From: Anaerolineae bacterium
Lineage (GTDB): Bacteria > Chloroflexota > Anaerolineae > S140-20
Direction of reading: 5' to 3'
NCBI GenBank assembly: GCA_027021705.1
Contig: JALUTT010000093.1
Span: forward strand, 1-36,605
Length of the DNA: 36,605 nucleotides
Positions 8,511 to 18,503 of the stretch are shown in pieces. A program made the translations under genes and the position numbers. Positions within the stretch are counted from its first letter, which is position 1, and each line of letters starts with the position of its first letter. Below the pieces are notes generated by a model. That model was not told the origin of the DNA. It saw only the letters and a program-made list of their open reading frames with translations, and searched no databases.

Positions 8511-10655
8511 ATGGTCAATCTCGAACTGCTCACCTGGCTCGTGCCCCTCTTCCCGGTGCTGGCCTTCGCCGTCATCGTCCTCTTCACCAACCGCTGGAAA
8601 CGGCTGAGCCACACGGTGGCCATCGGCTTCCTGCTCGTCTCCTTCGTCCTGGGGATGATCGTCGTCTTCAGCGCCTTCCGCATCGGGGGCGAGGAGCTGG
8701 CCCAGCACCCCATTGTCAGTGCGGTGGACTGGATGCCCACCGGGGAGAGCTTCCTGCGTTTCGGGGTGCTGGTGGACCCGCTGACGGCGGTCACCCTCTT
8801 CTTCGTCTTGATGACACTGGTGGCCATCTTCGTCTACAGCGTGGGCTACATGCGGGGCGACCCCCGTTACTCCCGCTTCTTCGCCCTCATCTCCCTCTTC
8901 GCCACCGGGATGCTGGGGCTGGTGGTCTCCGACAACCTGCTAATGCTCTTCATCTTCTGGGAGATCATGGGCTTCTGCTCCTACGCCCTTATCGGCTTCT
9001 GGTTCGAGAAGCCCTCGGCCCACAGGGCCGGCGTCAAAGCCTTCATCACCACCCGCGTCGGGGACGTGCTGATGCTCCTGGGCATCGCCTACCTGTACGC
9101 CCTCACCGGAACGCTGAACTTCCGGGAGATCCTGAACGACCCGGCGGTGCTGAAGCATCTGGTGGAGATGAGCAGCCCCATCGCCGGCCTCTCGGCTGCG
9201 GCCCTCGTGGGCCTGCTCCTCTTCGGCGGCACGGTGGGCAAGAGCGCCCAGTTCCCCCTCCACGTCTGGTTGCCCGACGCGATGGAAGGCCCGACCCCGG
9301 TCAGCGCTTTGATCCACGCCGCGACGATGGTCTCGGCCGGCGTCTACCTGGTCATCCGCACCTTCCCCCTCCTGGCGGCCGGCCTGGAGCACGGGGGCGG
9401 GGCCACGCCGGCCATGTGGGCGATGGGGCTCATCGGGGCCTTCACCGCCTTCCTGGCCGCGACGATGGCCGTGGCCCAGTTCGACATCAAGCGGGTGCTG
9501 GCCTACTCGACCATCAGCCAGTTGGGCTATATGATCGCCGCCCTGGGCGTGGGGGCCTACGTGGCCGCCGCCTTCCACCTGATCACCCACGCCTTCTTCA
9601 AAGCGCTCCTCTTCCTGGGCTCCGGCTCCGTCATCCACGCGATGGAACACGGCCACCACCACGCGATGGAGCACGCCGGCCACGGCCACGGAGAGCACGA
9701 GGAGCCCTTCGACCCCAACGACATGCGCAACATGGGCGGTCTCCGGGAGAAGATGCCCATCACCTTCTGGACCTTCACCATCGGCGGGCTGGCGTTGGCC
9801 GGCTTCCCGCTGGTCACGGCCGGCTTCTGGAGCAAGGATGAGATCCTGGCCGAGGCCTTCCACGCCGCCTTCGAGAAGGGTGAGCCGCTGGGCCTCTTCG
9901 TCTACCTGCTGCTGGCCCTGGCCGCGCTCCTGACGGCCTTCTACACGATGCGCCAGATCACGATGACCTTCCTGGGCGAACCGCGCACCGAGGCGGCCCG
10001 CCACGCACCGGAGAGCGACTGGACGATGACGGTGCCCCTCATCTTCCTCTCCATCTTCGCCGTGGGGGCCGGCTTCGTCGGCGTGCCCGCCGACTTCCCC
10101 ATCCTGGGGCCGTTGCTGGGCGGGAACCCCCTGCACGAGTTCGTGGGGGCCACGCTGATGACCCACCTGGAGACGCTGCCCCTCAACTGGCTCCCGGTGC
10201 TCATCTCTGTCCTCTTTGCCCTGGGCGGCCTCTGGCTGGGCTACCAGGCTTACGAGGGGAAGCTTCGCAGTCCGGAGACGCCAGACCCCCTCTCCAACCT
10301 GCCCCTGGGCCTCTTCACCCACATGCACCGGCGCTGGTACTTCGACGAGCTGTACGATGTCCTCTTCGTCCGGCCGGCCAAGGGGATCGCCTTCTTCATC
10401 GCCCGCATTGTGGACCGGGGGATCATTGACGGCATCCTGCACTTCACCGCCCGCACCTCGCTGATCCTGGCCGAGGCGACCCGCGTCTTCGACCGGGTGG
10501 TGCCCAACGGCATCCCCATCGCCGTCGCCGAGGGGATCAAGGGCTTCGGTCGCAGCTTCCGCACCATCCAGACAGGGCAGGTGCAGAACTACCTACTGCT
10601 GGCCCTGGTTAACGCCCTCGTGTTGGCCGTTGTTTATCTGGTGTTGTTTCAATAG
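8511..10655 (+). CDS. nuoL: NADH-quinone oxidoreductase subunit L with extended lateral helix
   Basis: 'GKSAQFPLHVWLPDAMEGPTPVSALIHAATMV', 'HAFFKALLFLGSG', 'QTGQVQNY'. Confidence 0.97.
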   Translation: MVNLELLTWLVPLFPVLAFAVIVLFTNRWKRLSHTVAIGFLLVSFVLGMIVVFSAFRIGGEELAQHPIVSAVDWMPTGESFLRFGVLVDPLTAVTLFFVLMTLVAIFVYSVGYMRGDPRYSRFFALISLFATGMLGLVVSDNLLMLFIFWEIMGFCSYALIGFWFEKPSAHRAGVKAFITTRVGDVLMLLGIAYLYALTGTLNFREILNDPAVLKHLVEMSSPIAGLSAAALVGLLLFGGTVGKSAQFPLHVWLPDAMEGPTPVSALIHAATMVSAGVYLVIRTFPLLAAGLEHGGGATPAMWAMGLIGAFTAFLAATMAVAQFDIKRVLAYSTISQLGYMIAALGVGAYVAAAFHLITHAFFKALLFLGSGSVIHAMEHGHHHAMEHAGHGHGEHEEPFDPNDMRNMGGLREKMPITFWTFTIGGLALAGFPLVTAGFWSKDEILAEAFHAAFEKGEPLGLFVYLLLALAALLTAFYTMRQITMTFLGEPRTEAARHAPESDWTMTVPLIFLSIFAVGAGFVGVPADFPILGPLLGGNPLHEFVGATLMTHLETLPLNWLPVLISVLFALGGLWLGYQAYEGKLRSPETPDPLSNLPLGLFTHMHRRWYFDELYDVLFVRPAKGIAFFIARIVDRGIIDGILHFTARTSLILAEATRVFDRVVPNGIPIAVAEGIKGFGRSFRTIQTGQVQNYLLLALVNALVLAVVYLVLFQ

Positions 10656-10688
10656 CCGTCGTCATCTCTCCTTCTTCGGAGTAGAGCT

Positions 10689-12224
10689 ATGGATTTCATC
10701 CTCAGCCACCTCTTGAGCCTCATCGTCTTCACCCCCCTGCTGGGGGCGATCGTGGTGATGCTGCTGCCCGGCCACCAGAAGCGACTGATCCGATGGGTGG
10801 CCTTCGGCCTCAGCCTGATCCCCTTCATCCTCTCCGTCGTTCTATGGGTCAACTTCGTGCCCGGCGAGCCCGGCTACCAGTTCGTCGAGCAGGCGGACTG
10901 GCTGCCGGCCTTGGGCGTTCGCTACCACGTGGGGGTGGACGGCCTCAGCCTGACGCTGATCTTGCTCACCACCCTGCTGACCCCCCTGGGCGTCCTCATC
11001 TCCTTCAGCATCGAAGAGCACGTCCGCTCCTTCTTCGCCCTCTTTCTCTTCCTGGAGACGGGGATCCTGGGCTACTTCGTGGCCCTGGACCTGATCATCT
11101 TCTTCATCTTCTGGGAGATCGGGCTGGTGCCGATGTACTTCCTCATCAACCAGTGGGGGAGTGCCAACCGGCGTTACGCTTCCTTCAAGTTCTTCATCTA
11201 CACAATGGCCGGGAGTCTGGCGATGCTGCTGGCCATCCAGGTGATCTGGATCGCCAGCCGGAGCATCGTCCCCACGGGCACCTTCGACATCCCGCTCCTG
11301 ATGCAGATGCGCCCCTTCACCGGGGAGCAGGTGCTGCCCTTCCTGTCCCAGGAGTTGGCCCGCACCATCGCCTTCTGGGCCTTCGTCATCGCCTTCGCCA
11401 TCAAGGTTCCCATCTGGCCGGTGCACACCTGGCTGCCCGATGCCCACACCGAAGCGCCCACGGCCGGCTCGATGATCCTGGCCGGCGTCCTGCTGAAGAT
11501 GGGAGCCTACGGCTTCCTGCGGGTGGTCATCCCCTTCTTCCCGGCCGAAGCCGCCCGCTTCGCCCTCGCCCTGGCCATCCTGGCCCTCCTCTCTATCCTG
11601 ATGGGAGCCTACGCCGCCTACGGACAGACCGATTTCAAGCGGCTGGTGGCCTACTCTTCCATCAACCACATGGGCATCGTCATCCTGGGCATCGCCGTGG
11701 CGGCGACGACGCTGGGAACGAAGCAGTACGCCGAGCACGGCGTCATGGCCTACAACGGCGCGGTCCTCCAGATGTTCAACCACGGCCTGACCTCGGCAGC
11801 CCTCTTCGCCCTGGTGGGCATGGTCTACGAGCGGACCCACACCCGCGATCTCTCGGCCTACGGCGGGCTCTGGGTCGTGATGCCGGCCTACGGCGGCATC
11901 CTCATCTACTCGGCGATGGCCAACCTGGGGCTGCCGGGCCTGGGCAGCTTCGTCAGCGAGTTCCTGGTCGTCCGGGGAGCCTGGCCGGTCTACACCCTCA
12001 TCACCGCCCTGGCGATGATCGGTCTGGTGATGACGGCCGCCTTCACGCTGATGGCCGTCCAGCGGGTGCTCCACGGCCCCCTGAACCCGCGCTGGAAGGA
12101 ACTGCGGGAGATCACCTGGCGCGAAGGGCTGGCTATGGCCCCGCTGATGATCGGCCTGCTGGCCATCGGCGTCTGGCCGCGCTGGATCCTGGACGTCATC
12201 AACGCGGCTGCCCAATTCCTGTAG
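10689..12224 (+). CDS. nuoM: NADH-quinone oxidoreductase subunit M (copy 1, canonical)
   Basis: 'FWE', 'FAIKVPIWPVHTWLPDAHTEAPTAGSMILAGVLLKMGAYG'. Confidence 0.95.
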   Translation: MDFILSHLLSLIVFTPLLGAIVVMLLPGHQKRLIRWVAFGLSLIPFILSVVLWVNFVPGEPGYQFVEQADWLPALGVRYHVGVDGLSLTLILLTTLLTPLGVLISFSIEEHVRSFFALFLFLETGILGYFVALDLIIFFIFWEIGLVPMYFLINQWGSANRRYASFKFFIYTMAGSLAMLLAIQVIWIASRSIVPTGTFDIPLLMQMRPFTGEQVLPFLSQELARTIAFWAFVIAFAIKVPIWPVHTWLPDAHTEAPTAGSMILAGVLLKMGAYGFLRVVIPFFPAEAARFALALAILALLSILMGAYAAYGQTDFKRLVAYSSINHMGIVILGIAVAATTLGTKQYAEHGVMAYNGAVLQMFNHGLTSAALFALVGMVYERTHTRDLSAYGGLWVVMPAYGGILIYSAMANLGLPGLGSFVSEFLVVRGAWPVYTLITALAMIGLVMTAAFTLMAVQRVLHGPLNPRWKELREITWREGLAMAPLMIGLLAIGVWPRWILDVINAAAQFL

Positions 12225-12226
12225 CT

Positions 12227-12258
12227 CACGCAACACGTAACACGCGATACGCAACACG
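12227..12258. repeat. 7-bp tandem repeat CACGYAA-like (~4.5 units) between nuoM1 and nuoM2
   Basis: CACGCAA CACGTAA CACGCGA TACGCAA CACG. Confidence 0.7.
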
Positions 12259-12275
12259 AGGCGAGGTAAACCACG

Positions 12276-13790
12276 ATGGCCTTTCCCTTCATCTCGGTGA
12301 TCATCTTCACCCCTCTCGTCGCGGGGATGCTGATCTTGATGCTCCCCGCCGACCGGAAGGCAGAGATCAAGGTAATCGCGGCCGCGGCTGCCTTCATCTC
12401 CCTGGTCCTCTCCCTCTGGCTCTTCTTCACCTATGACCGGGAGGCAGCTCGGCTGGCGACGGACTGGGCAGGGCGAATTCAGTTCGAGGAAAAGATCGCC
12501 TGGGTGCCCAGCCTGGGGCTCTCCTACCACGTCGGTGGGGACGGCTTCAACATCCCGCTGCTCCTCCTGACCAGCCTGATCCTCTTCGCCGGCGTCCTGG
12601 TCTCCTGGCACATCGAGCATCGGGCGCGGGAGTTCTTCGCCTTCCTGATGGTCCTGGCCACCGGCATCTTCGGGGGCTTCGCCGCGCTGGACCTCTTCCT
12701 GCTGGTCTTCTTCTACGAGATGGCCATCTTCCCCATCTACGTGATGATCGCCGTCTGGGGGAGCACCCGCAAGGAGTTCGCGGCGATGAAGCTGACCCTC
12801 TACATTCTGGTGGGGAGCATCATCGCCCTGGTCGGCCTCTTCGCCATCTACTTCAAGGCCGGGCTAGGTACCTTTGACATGGTGGAAATCTACCAGAACG
12901 GCAACCTGGATGCCACCTTCCAGCGAATCTGGTTCCTGCCCGTCTTCGTCGGCTTCGGCGTCCTGGCCAGCCTCTGGCCCTTCCACGTCTGGTCCCCCGA
13001 CGGCTACGTGGCCGCGCCCACCGTCGTCTCGATGCTTCACGCCGGCGTCCTGAAGAACATGGGGGCCTACGTGGCCCTGCGCACCGGCATCCAGCTCCTG
13101 CCCGAAGGGGCGAAGTTCTGGATGCCCTTCATCGTCTTCCTGACGGTGATCAGCATCGTCTACTCGGCGATGGTGGCGATGAGCCAGCGGGACTTCAAGT
13201 ACGTCTTCGGGTTCGCCAGCGTGGGTCATATGGGGATCGTGCTCTTGGGATTCTCCACCCTCAACCTGGTGGGGCTCACCGGCACCGGCGTCCAGATGTT
13301 CATCCACGGCGCGATGTCGGCCATCTTCTTCTCCATCGTTGGGATGGTCTATGACCGAGCCCACACGCGGGACATCCCCAGTCTGGGCGGCTTTGTGCGT
13401 ATCATGCCCATCCCAACCCTCGCCTTCCTCATCGCCGGTCTGAGTTCGATGGGGATGCCGGGGCTGGCCGGCTTCGTGGCCGAGATCCAGATCTTCATCG
13501 GCGTCTGGTTGGCCTACGCCCCCCAGCACTGGTGGTTCCCCTGGATGGCCATCATCGCCTCCAGTGGGGTCATCATCACGGCAGCCTACATCATGCGGGT
13601 GGCCTACAGCGTCTTCTTCGGTGAGCTCCGGCCGGAGTTCGCCGACCTGCCGGGCGTCACCCTGATGGACAAGATCGCGGTGACGCTCCTGGCCATCCCG
13701 CTCATCGTCATCGGTGTCTATCCTTCGATCATCATGCCGCTGGCTCAGACCGGAGCGGCTTCCATCGCTTCACTCTTCGGAGGTGCGTAA
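12276..13790 (+). CDS. nuoM: NADH-quinone oxidoreductase subunit M (copy 2, divergent)
   Basis: 'YHVGGDG', 'FFYE', 'WPFHVWSPDGYVAAPT', 'GMVYDRAHTR', 'GMPGLAGFVAE'. Confidence 0.92.
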   Translation: MAFPFISVIIFTPLVAGMLILMLPADRKAEIKVIAAAAAFISLVLSLWLFFTYDREAARLATDWAGRIQFEEKIAWVPSLGLSYHVGGDGFNIPLLLLTSLILFAGVLVSWHIEHRAREFFAFLMVLATGIFGGFAALDLFLLVFFYEMAIFPIYVMIAVWGSTRKEFAAMKLTLYILVGSIIALVGLFAIYFKAGLGTFDMVEIYQNGNLDATFQRIWFLPVFVGFGVLASLWPFHVWSPDGYVAAPTVVSMLHAGVLKNMGAYVALRTGIQLLPEGAKFWMPFIVFLTVISIVYSAMVAMSQRDFKYVFGFASVGHMGIVLLGFSTLNLVGLTGTGVQMFIHGAMSAIFFSIVGMVYDRAHTRDIPSLGGFVRIMPIPTLAFLIAGLSSMGMPGLAGFVAEIQIFIGVWLAYAPQHWWFPWMAIIASSGVIITAAYIMRVAYSVFFGELRPEFADLPGVTLMDKIAVTLLAIPLIVIGVYPSIIMPLAQTGAASIASLFGGA

Positions 13791-15239
13791 GTGTCCAGCC
13801 TTGACCCTGCGGCGCTGATCAACGTCTTGCCGGAGATCCTGCTGGTGGTGCTGGCCCTGATGGTGATGGGGCTGGATCTCCTCTGGCCGGCGGGCCGTAA
13901 GCGAGACTTAGGGCTCGTCAGCGCAGCCGGTATGATCGTCGTCCTGATCGCCAGCTTCCTCTGGCCCGGCGACGGCCAGCCCGTCTGGGGGGGGATGATC
14001 CAGGCCGATCTGCTGGCCCGCCTCTTCCGCATCCTCTTCCTGGTGGCCGGCATCCTGACCAGCCTGATCTCGATGGACATGAAGGGGCTGAAGCAGGAAG
14101 GGGAGTACTACGCGATGATCATCATCGCCACGATGGGCATGGGGCTGATGGCCACTGCCAATGACTTCCTGATGCTCTACGTGGCGATGGAGATGACCAG
14201 CATCACCCAGTACCTGCTGGTGGGCTATATGCGTCGGGAGGCCCGCTCCGTCGAAGCGGGCATCAAGTACTTCCTCTTCGGGGCCGTGACCTCGACGGTG
14301 ATGCTCTTCGGTCTCAGCTTCTTCTACGGCTTCACCGGGCAGACCAACTACGCCGGCGTGCGGATGGGGCTCTTCAACCCGGCCATTGACACCGGCGCGG
14401 TGCTGGTCGCCTTGATCCTGATCGCCGTCGGCTTTGGCTTCAAGATCGCCGCCGTTCCCTTCCATTTCTGGACTCCCGACACCTATGAAGGAGCGCCCAC
14501 CCCGGTCACGGCCTTCATCTCGGTGGCCTCGAAGGCGGCCGGCTTCGCCGTCCTCTTCCGGGTTCTCAACGTCGTCTTCCCGGTCGGCGTCCCCCAGAGC
14601 GAGTGGACCAACCTGATGGAGACGCTGGCCATCGTGACGATGACGCTGGGGAACGTGCTGGCCATCCCCCAGACGAACATCAAGCGGTTGCTGGCCTACT
14701 CCAGCATCGCCCAGGCCGGCTACGTCCTCATCGGCGTGGCGGCCGTCTCCAGCCTGGGCGTTGCTTCCGCTCTCTTCTACCTGGCCGTCTACGTCATCAC
14801 CAACATCGGGGCCTTCGCCGGTGTCATCGCCGTGGCCAATCGGCTGGGCTCTGACGACATCCGGGCCTTCGCCGGCCTGAGCCGCCGCTCCCCCTACCTG
14901 GCGCTGATGATCCTCGTCGCCTTCCTCTCGCTGGGAGGCGTGCCCCCCACCGCCGGCTTCGTGGGCAAGCTCTTCCTGTTCCAGGCCGCCGTGGGGCAGG
15001 GCCTCATCCGGCTGGCCGTCATCGGCGTCCTCAACGTCATCGTCGGCCTCTACTACTACCTGATGGTCCTCAAGGTGATGTATGTGGACCGGGGCGAGGA
15101 AGAGGTGGAGGTGCCGGTGAGCGCCCCTCTGGCCTGGACCCTGGCGGTGTCGGCGGCGGGGGTGATGCTTCTTGGCATTTTCGCTCACCCCTGGTATAAT
15201 ATCGCCCTGCGTGCCGCTGCTGTGCTGTTCCCAGGGTGA
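13791..15239 (+). CDS. nuoN: NADH-quinone oxidoreductase subunit N
   Basis: 'EAGIKYFLFG', 'GFKIAAVPFHFWTPDTYEGAPTPV', 'KRLLAYSSIAQAGY', 'PPTAGFVGK'. Confidence 0.96.
   Translation: MSSLDPAALINVLPEILLVVLALMVMGLDLLWPAGRKRDLGLVSAAGMIVVLIASFLWPGDGQPVWGGMIQADLLARLFRILFLVAGILTSLISMDMKGLKQEGEYYAMIIIATMGMGLMATANDFLMLYVAMEMTSITQYLLVGYMRREARSVEAGIKYFLFGAVTSTVMLFGLSFFYGFTGQTNYAGVRMGLFNPAIDTGAVLVALILIAVGFGFKIAAVPFHFWTPDTYEGAPTPVTAFISVASKAAGFAVLFRVLNVVFPVGVPQSEWTNLMETLAIVTMTLGNVLAIPQTNIKRLLAYSSIAQAGYVLIGVAAVSSLGVASALFYLAVYVITNIGAFAGVIAVANRLGSDDIRAFAGLSRRSPYLALMILVAFLSLGGVPPTAGFVGKLFLFQAAVGQGLIRLAVIGVLNVIVGLYYYLMVLKVMYVDRGEEEVEVPVSAPLAWTLAVSAAGVMLLGIFAHPWYNIALRAAAVLFPG
15172..15200 (+). promoter_or_regulatory. 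sigma70-type promoter inside the 3' end of nuoN, upstream of the TA pair and atp genes
   Basis: TTGGCA-17 bp-TATAAT with TG extension. Confidence 0.65.
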
Positions 15240-15252
15240 TAAAGGGAAGAAG

Positions 15253-15555
15253 ATGGGAACCAACGGAAGAACGGTCCAGCGCACCTCCCATCCTCACATT
15301 GTCAAGATCGAAGGGGTGTGTGGGGGAGAGGCAGTTATAGAAGGAACGCGCATCGCCGTCTGGCACATCGTCGGTTATTATTACAAGGTGGGAATGTCTG
15401 TAGAGGAAATCCTGGCGGACTGGGACGCCCTCACGCCAGCGCAGGTGTTTGACGCTCTGGCATACTACCATGACCACCGGGAAGAGATAGAGCAGGCGTT
15501 GTGGGAGAACAGCTACGAGTACTGGCGCGAGCACTTTGCCCATGCCGTCCCGTGA
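15253..15555 (+). CDS. DUF433-domain putative antitoxin
   Basis: 'HIVKIEGVCGGEAVIEGTRIAVWHIV...GMSVEEILADW..LT.AQVFDALAYY'; ATG at 15253. Confidence 0.9.
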   Translation: MGTNGRTVQRTSHPHIVKIEGVCGGEAVIEGTRIAVWHIVGYYYKVGMSVEEILADWDALTPAQVFDALAYYHDHREEIEQALWENSYEYWREHFAHAVP

Positions 15556-15904
15556 CGCTCCCAAGCTACACCTAAACGAGCACCTCTCCCCTCGCTTGGC
15601 TTCTCAGTTGCGCCGGCACGGCTTTGATGTGACAACCTCTCAGGAGGCCGGTCTGCTGTCCATCACTGATGAAGAGCAAATGGCTTATGCCGCTGCAGAG
15701 CAGCGGGCCATTGTCACCTTCAACGTCCGCGACTTCTCATATCTGCACAACCAGTACCTGGCAGAGAACAAGGAGCATTGGGGAATCATCTTTTCAACCC
15801 AGGAGCCCATCAGCGTCTTGTTTCACCGTCTGTTGCGGCTGCTGAATTCTGTGACCGCTGAGGAACTGAAGAATCAAGTCCGCTGGCTCAACGAATTTCA
15901 ATGA
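15542..15904 (+). CDS. DUF5615 / VapC45-like PIN-domain putative toxin
   Basis: 'LHLNEHLS..LASQLRRHGFDV', 'TDEEQMAYAAAEQRAIVTFNVRDF', 'HWGII'; overlaps the DUF433 gene. Confidence 0.85.
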   Translation: MPSRDAPKLHLNEHLSPRLASQLRRHGFDVTTSQEAGLLSITDEEQMAYAAAEQRAIVTFNVRDFSYLHNQYLAENKEHWGIIFSTQEPISVLFHRLLRLLNSVTAEELKNQVRWLNEFQ

Positions 15905-15905
15905 C

Positions 15906-16198
15906 ATGAGCGCACCGCTCCCGCCCCGGCGCAACCTGCGGCGGGTTGCCCGTAATCTGACGCTGGCCAGCGTCGCTTCCCAAGTCGGCTTTGTCACCAT
16001 CGGCATCATCCTGGTGGCGCTGCTGGTGGGATTGTGGCTGGATCGGGAGCTGGAGACCCGGCCCTGGGCCACCATCGTTTGCCTGTTGTGTAGCGTTCCC
16101 CTCAGCGTCGCCAGCATCGTCTGGCTTGCCCTTTCCATTGTCTCGCAGATTCAACCGCCAGAACGACCAACCCATCGCCAACGAGAAGGAGAGCAGTA

Positions 16199-16199
<1 letters not shown>
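15906..16199 (+). CDS. AtpZ/AtpI-family (ATPase gene 1) membrane protein
   Basis: Two hydrophobic segments around 'GLWLDRELETRPW'; first gene before atpB. Confidence 0.85.
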
Positions 16200-17511
<1,312 letters not shown>

Positions 17512-17570
17512 TGTGCCCGGATCCCACACGTTCCCGCGAGTTCCTGCGAACTCTCAAGGAGGAATGAATC

Positions 17571-18323
17571 TTGGCACAAATCTTGGCACAGCTAGGCATT
17601 AACCCGATGTTCCTGCTCTTTCAGATCGTCAACTTCATCGTGTTGGCGGTCTTATTGCGCATCTTCCTCTACAAGCCTGTGATGGGGATGCTGGAACAGC
17701 GGCGGCAGCGCATCGAGAAGGGTCTGGAGGACGCCCGGGCCGCCGAGGAGGCGCGGGCCAAAGCCGAAGAAGAGCGTCAACGCATCCTGGACCAAGCCTG
17801 GGACGAGGCCCGCCGTATCACCGGTGAGGCGACCCGACAAGCTGAGGAAGTCGCCAAGCGGATCGAGGCCGAAGCTCGCAAGCAGGCCCGCGAGATCCTG
17901 GAACGGGCCCAACGGGATGCGGAGCTGGAGCGTCAAAAAGCCCTAGGAGCCCTGCGGGACCAGATCGCCTTGCTCTCTATCGCCGCCGCCAACCGGATCC
18001 TCCAGGAGACCCTGGATGAACAGCGGCAGATGGCCCTGGTCCGTTCCTTCTTCAGCGGCATCGAGGCGGGTAAGATCCAGGTCCTGGAAGAAGAAGAGGA
18101 GCTGGAGGGCGAGAAGGCGGAGGTCATCAGCGCCGTGCCTCTGGAGGACGACGAGAAAGCGCTCTACACCGAGAAGCTGCGCGAACGGCTGGGAGAGGAG
18201 GTCACCATCGAGTTCAAAGTGGATCCCAGCCTGATGGGGGGCGTGGTCCTGCGGGTCGGCGACCGGGTGATTGACAACAGCATGGCCGGCCGGTTGGAAG
18301 CCCTGCGCCGCGCACTGGTCTAG
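17571..18323 (+). CDS. atpF: F0F1 ATP synthase subunit b fused to the C-terminal domain of delta
   Basis: N-terminal 'LGIN..LLFQIVNF' TM plus coiled coil; C-terminal 'AEVISAVPL...VDPSLMGGVVLRVGDRVIDNS' delta signature. Confidence 0.92.
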   Translation: MAQILAQLGINPMFLLFQIVNFIVLAVLLRIFLYKPVMGMLEQRRQRIEKGLEDARAAEEARAKAEEERQRILDQAWDEARRITGEATRQAEEVAKRIEAEARKQAREILERAQRDAELERQKALGALRDQIALLSIAAANRILQETLDEQRQMALVRSFFSGIEAGKIQVLEEEEELEGEKAEVISAVPLEDDEKALYTEKLRERLGEEVTIEFKVDPSLMGGVVLRVGDRVIDNSMAGRLEALRRALV

Positions 18324-18410
18324 GAGGAGCAGCGCCGGGCTGCCCCTTACCGACCGATGGCGTGATTCCACGGGCTGTGAAGACGCCCGACCCTCATTGG
18401 AACGACGAAC

Positions 18411-18437
18411 AAAGGGCTGCGCGGTGGCAGCCCTTTT
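18411..18437. terminator. Intrinsic terminator, possibly bidirectional, between the atp genes and the convergent HEAT gene
   Basis: AAAGGGCTGC-gcggtg-GCAGCCCTTTT. Confidence 0.75.
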
Positions 18438-18503
18438 GCTCTTTCCCGATCCTCGGTCCTCAGTCCCCGGTGCCTCTCCCCGGTCGGCGGTCGTAGCGGT
18501 CCA

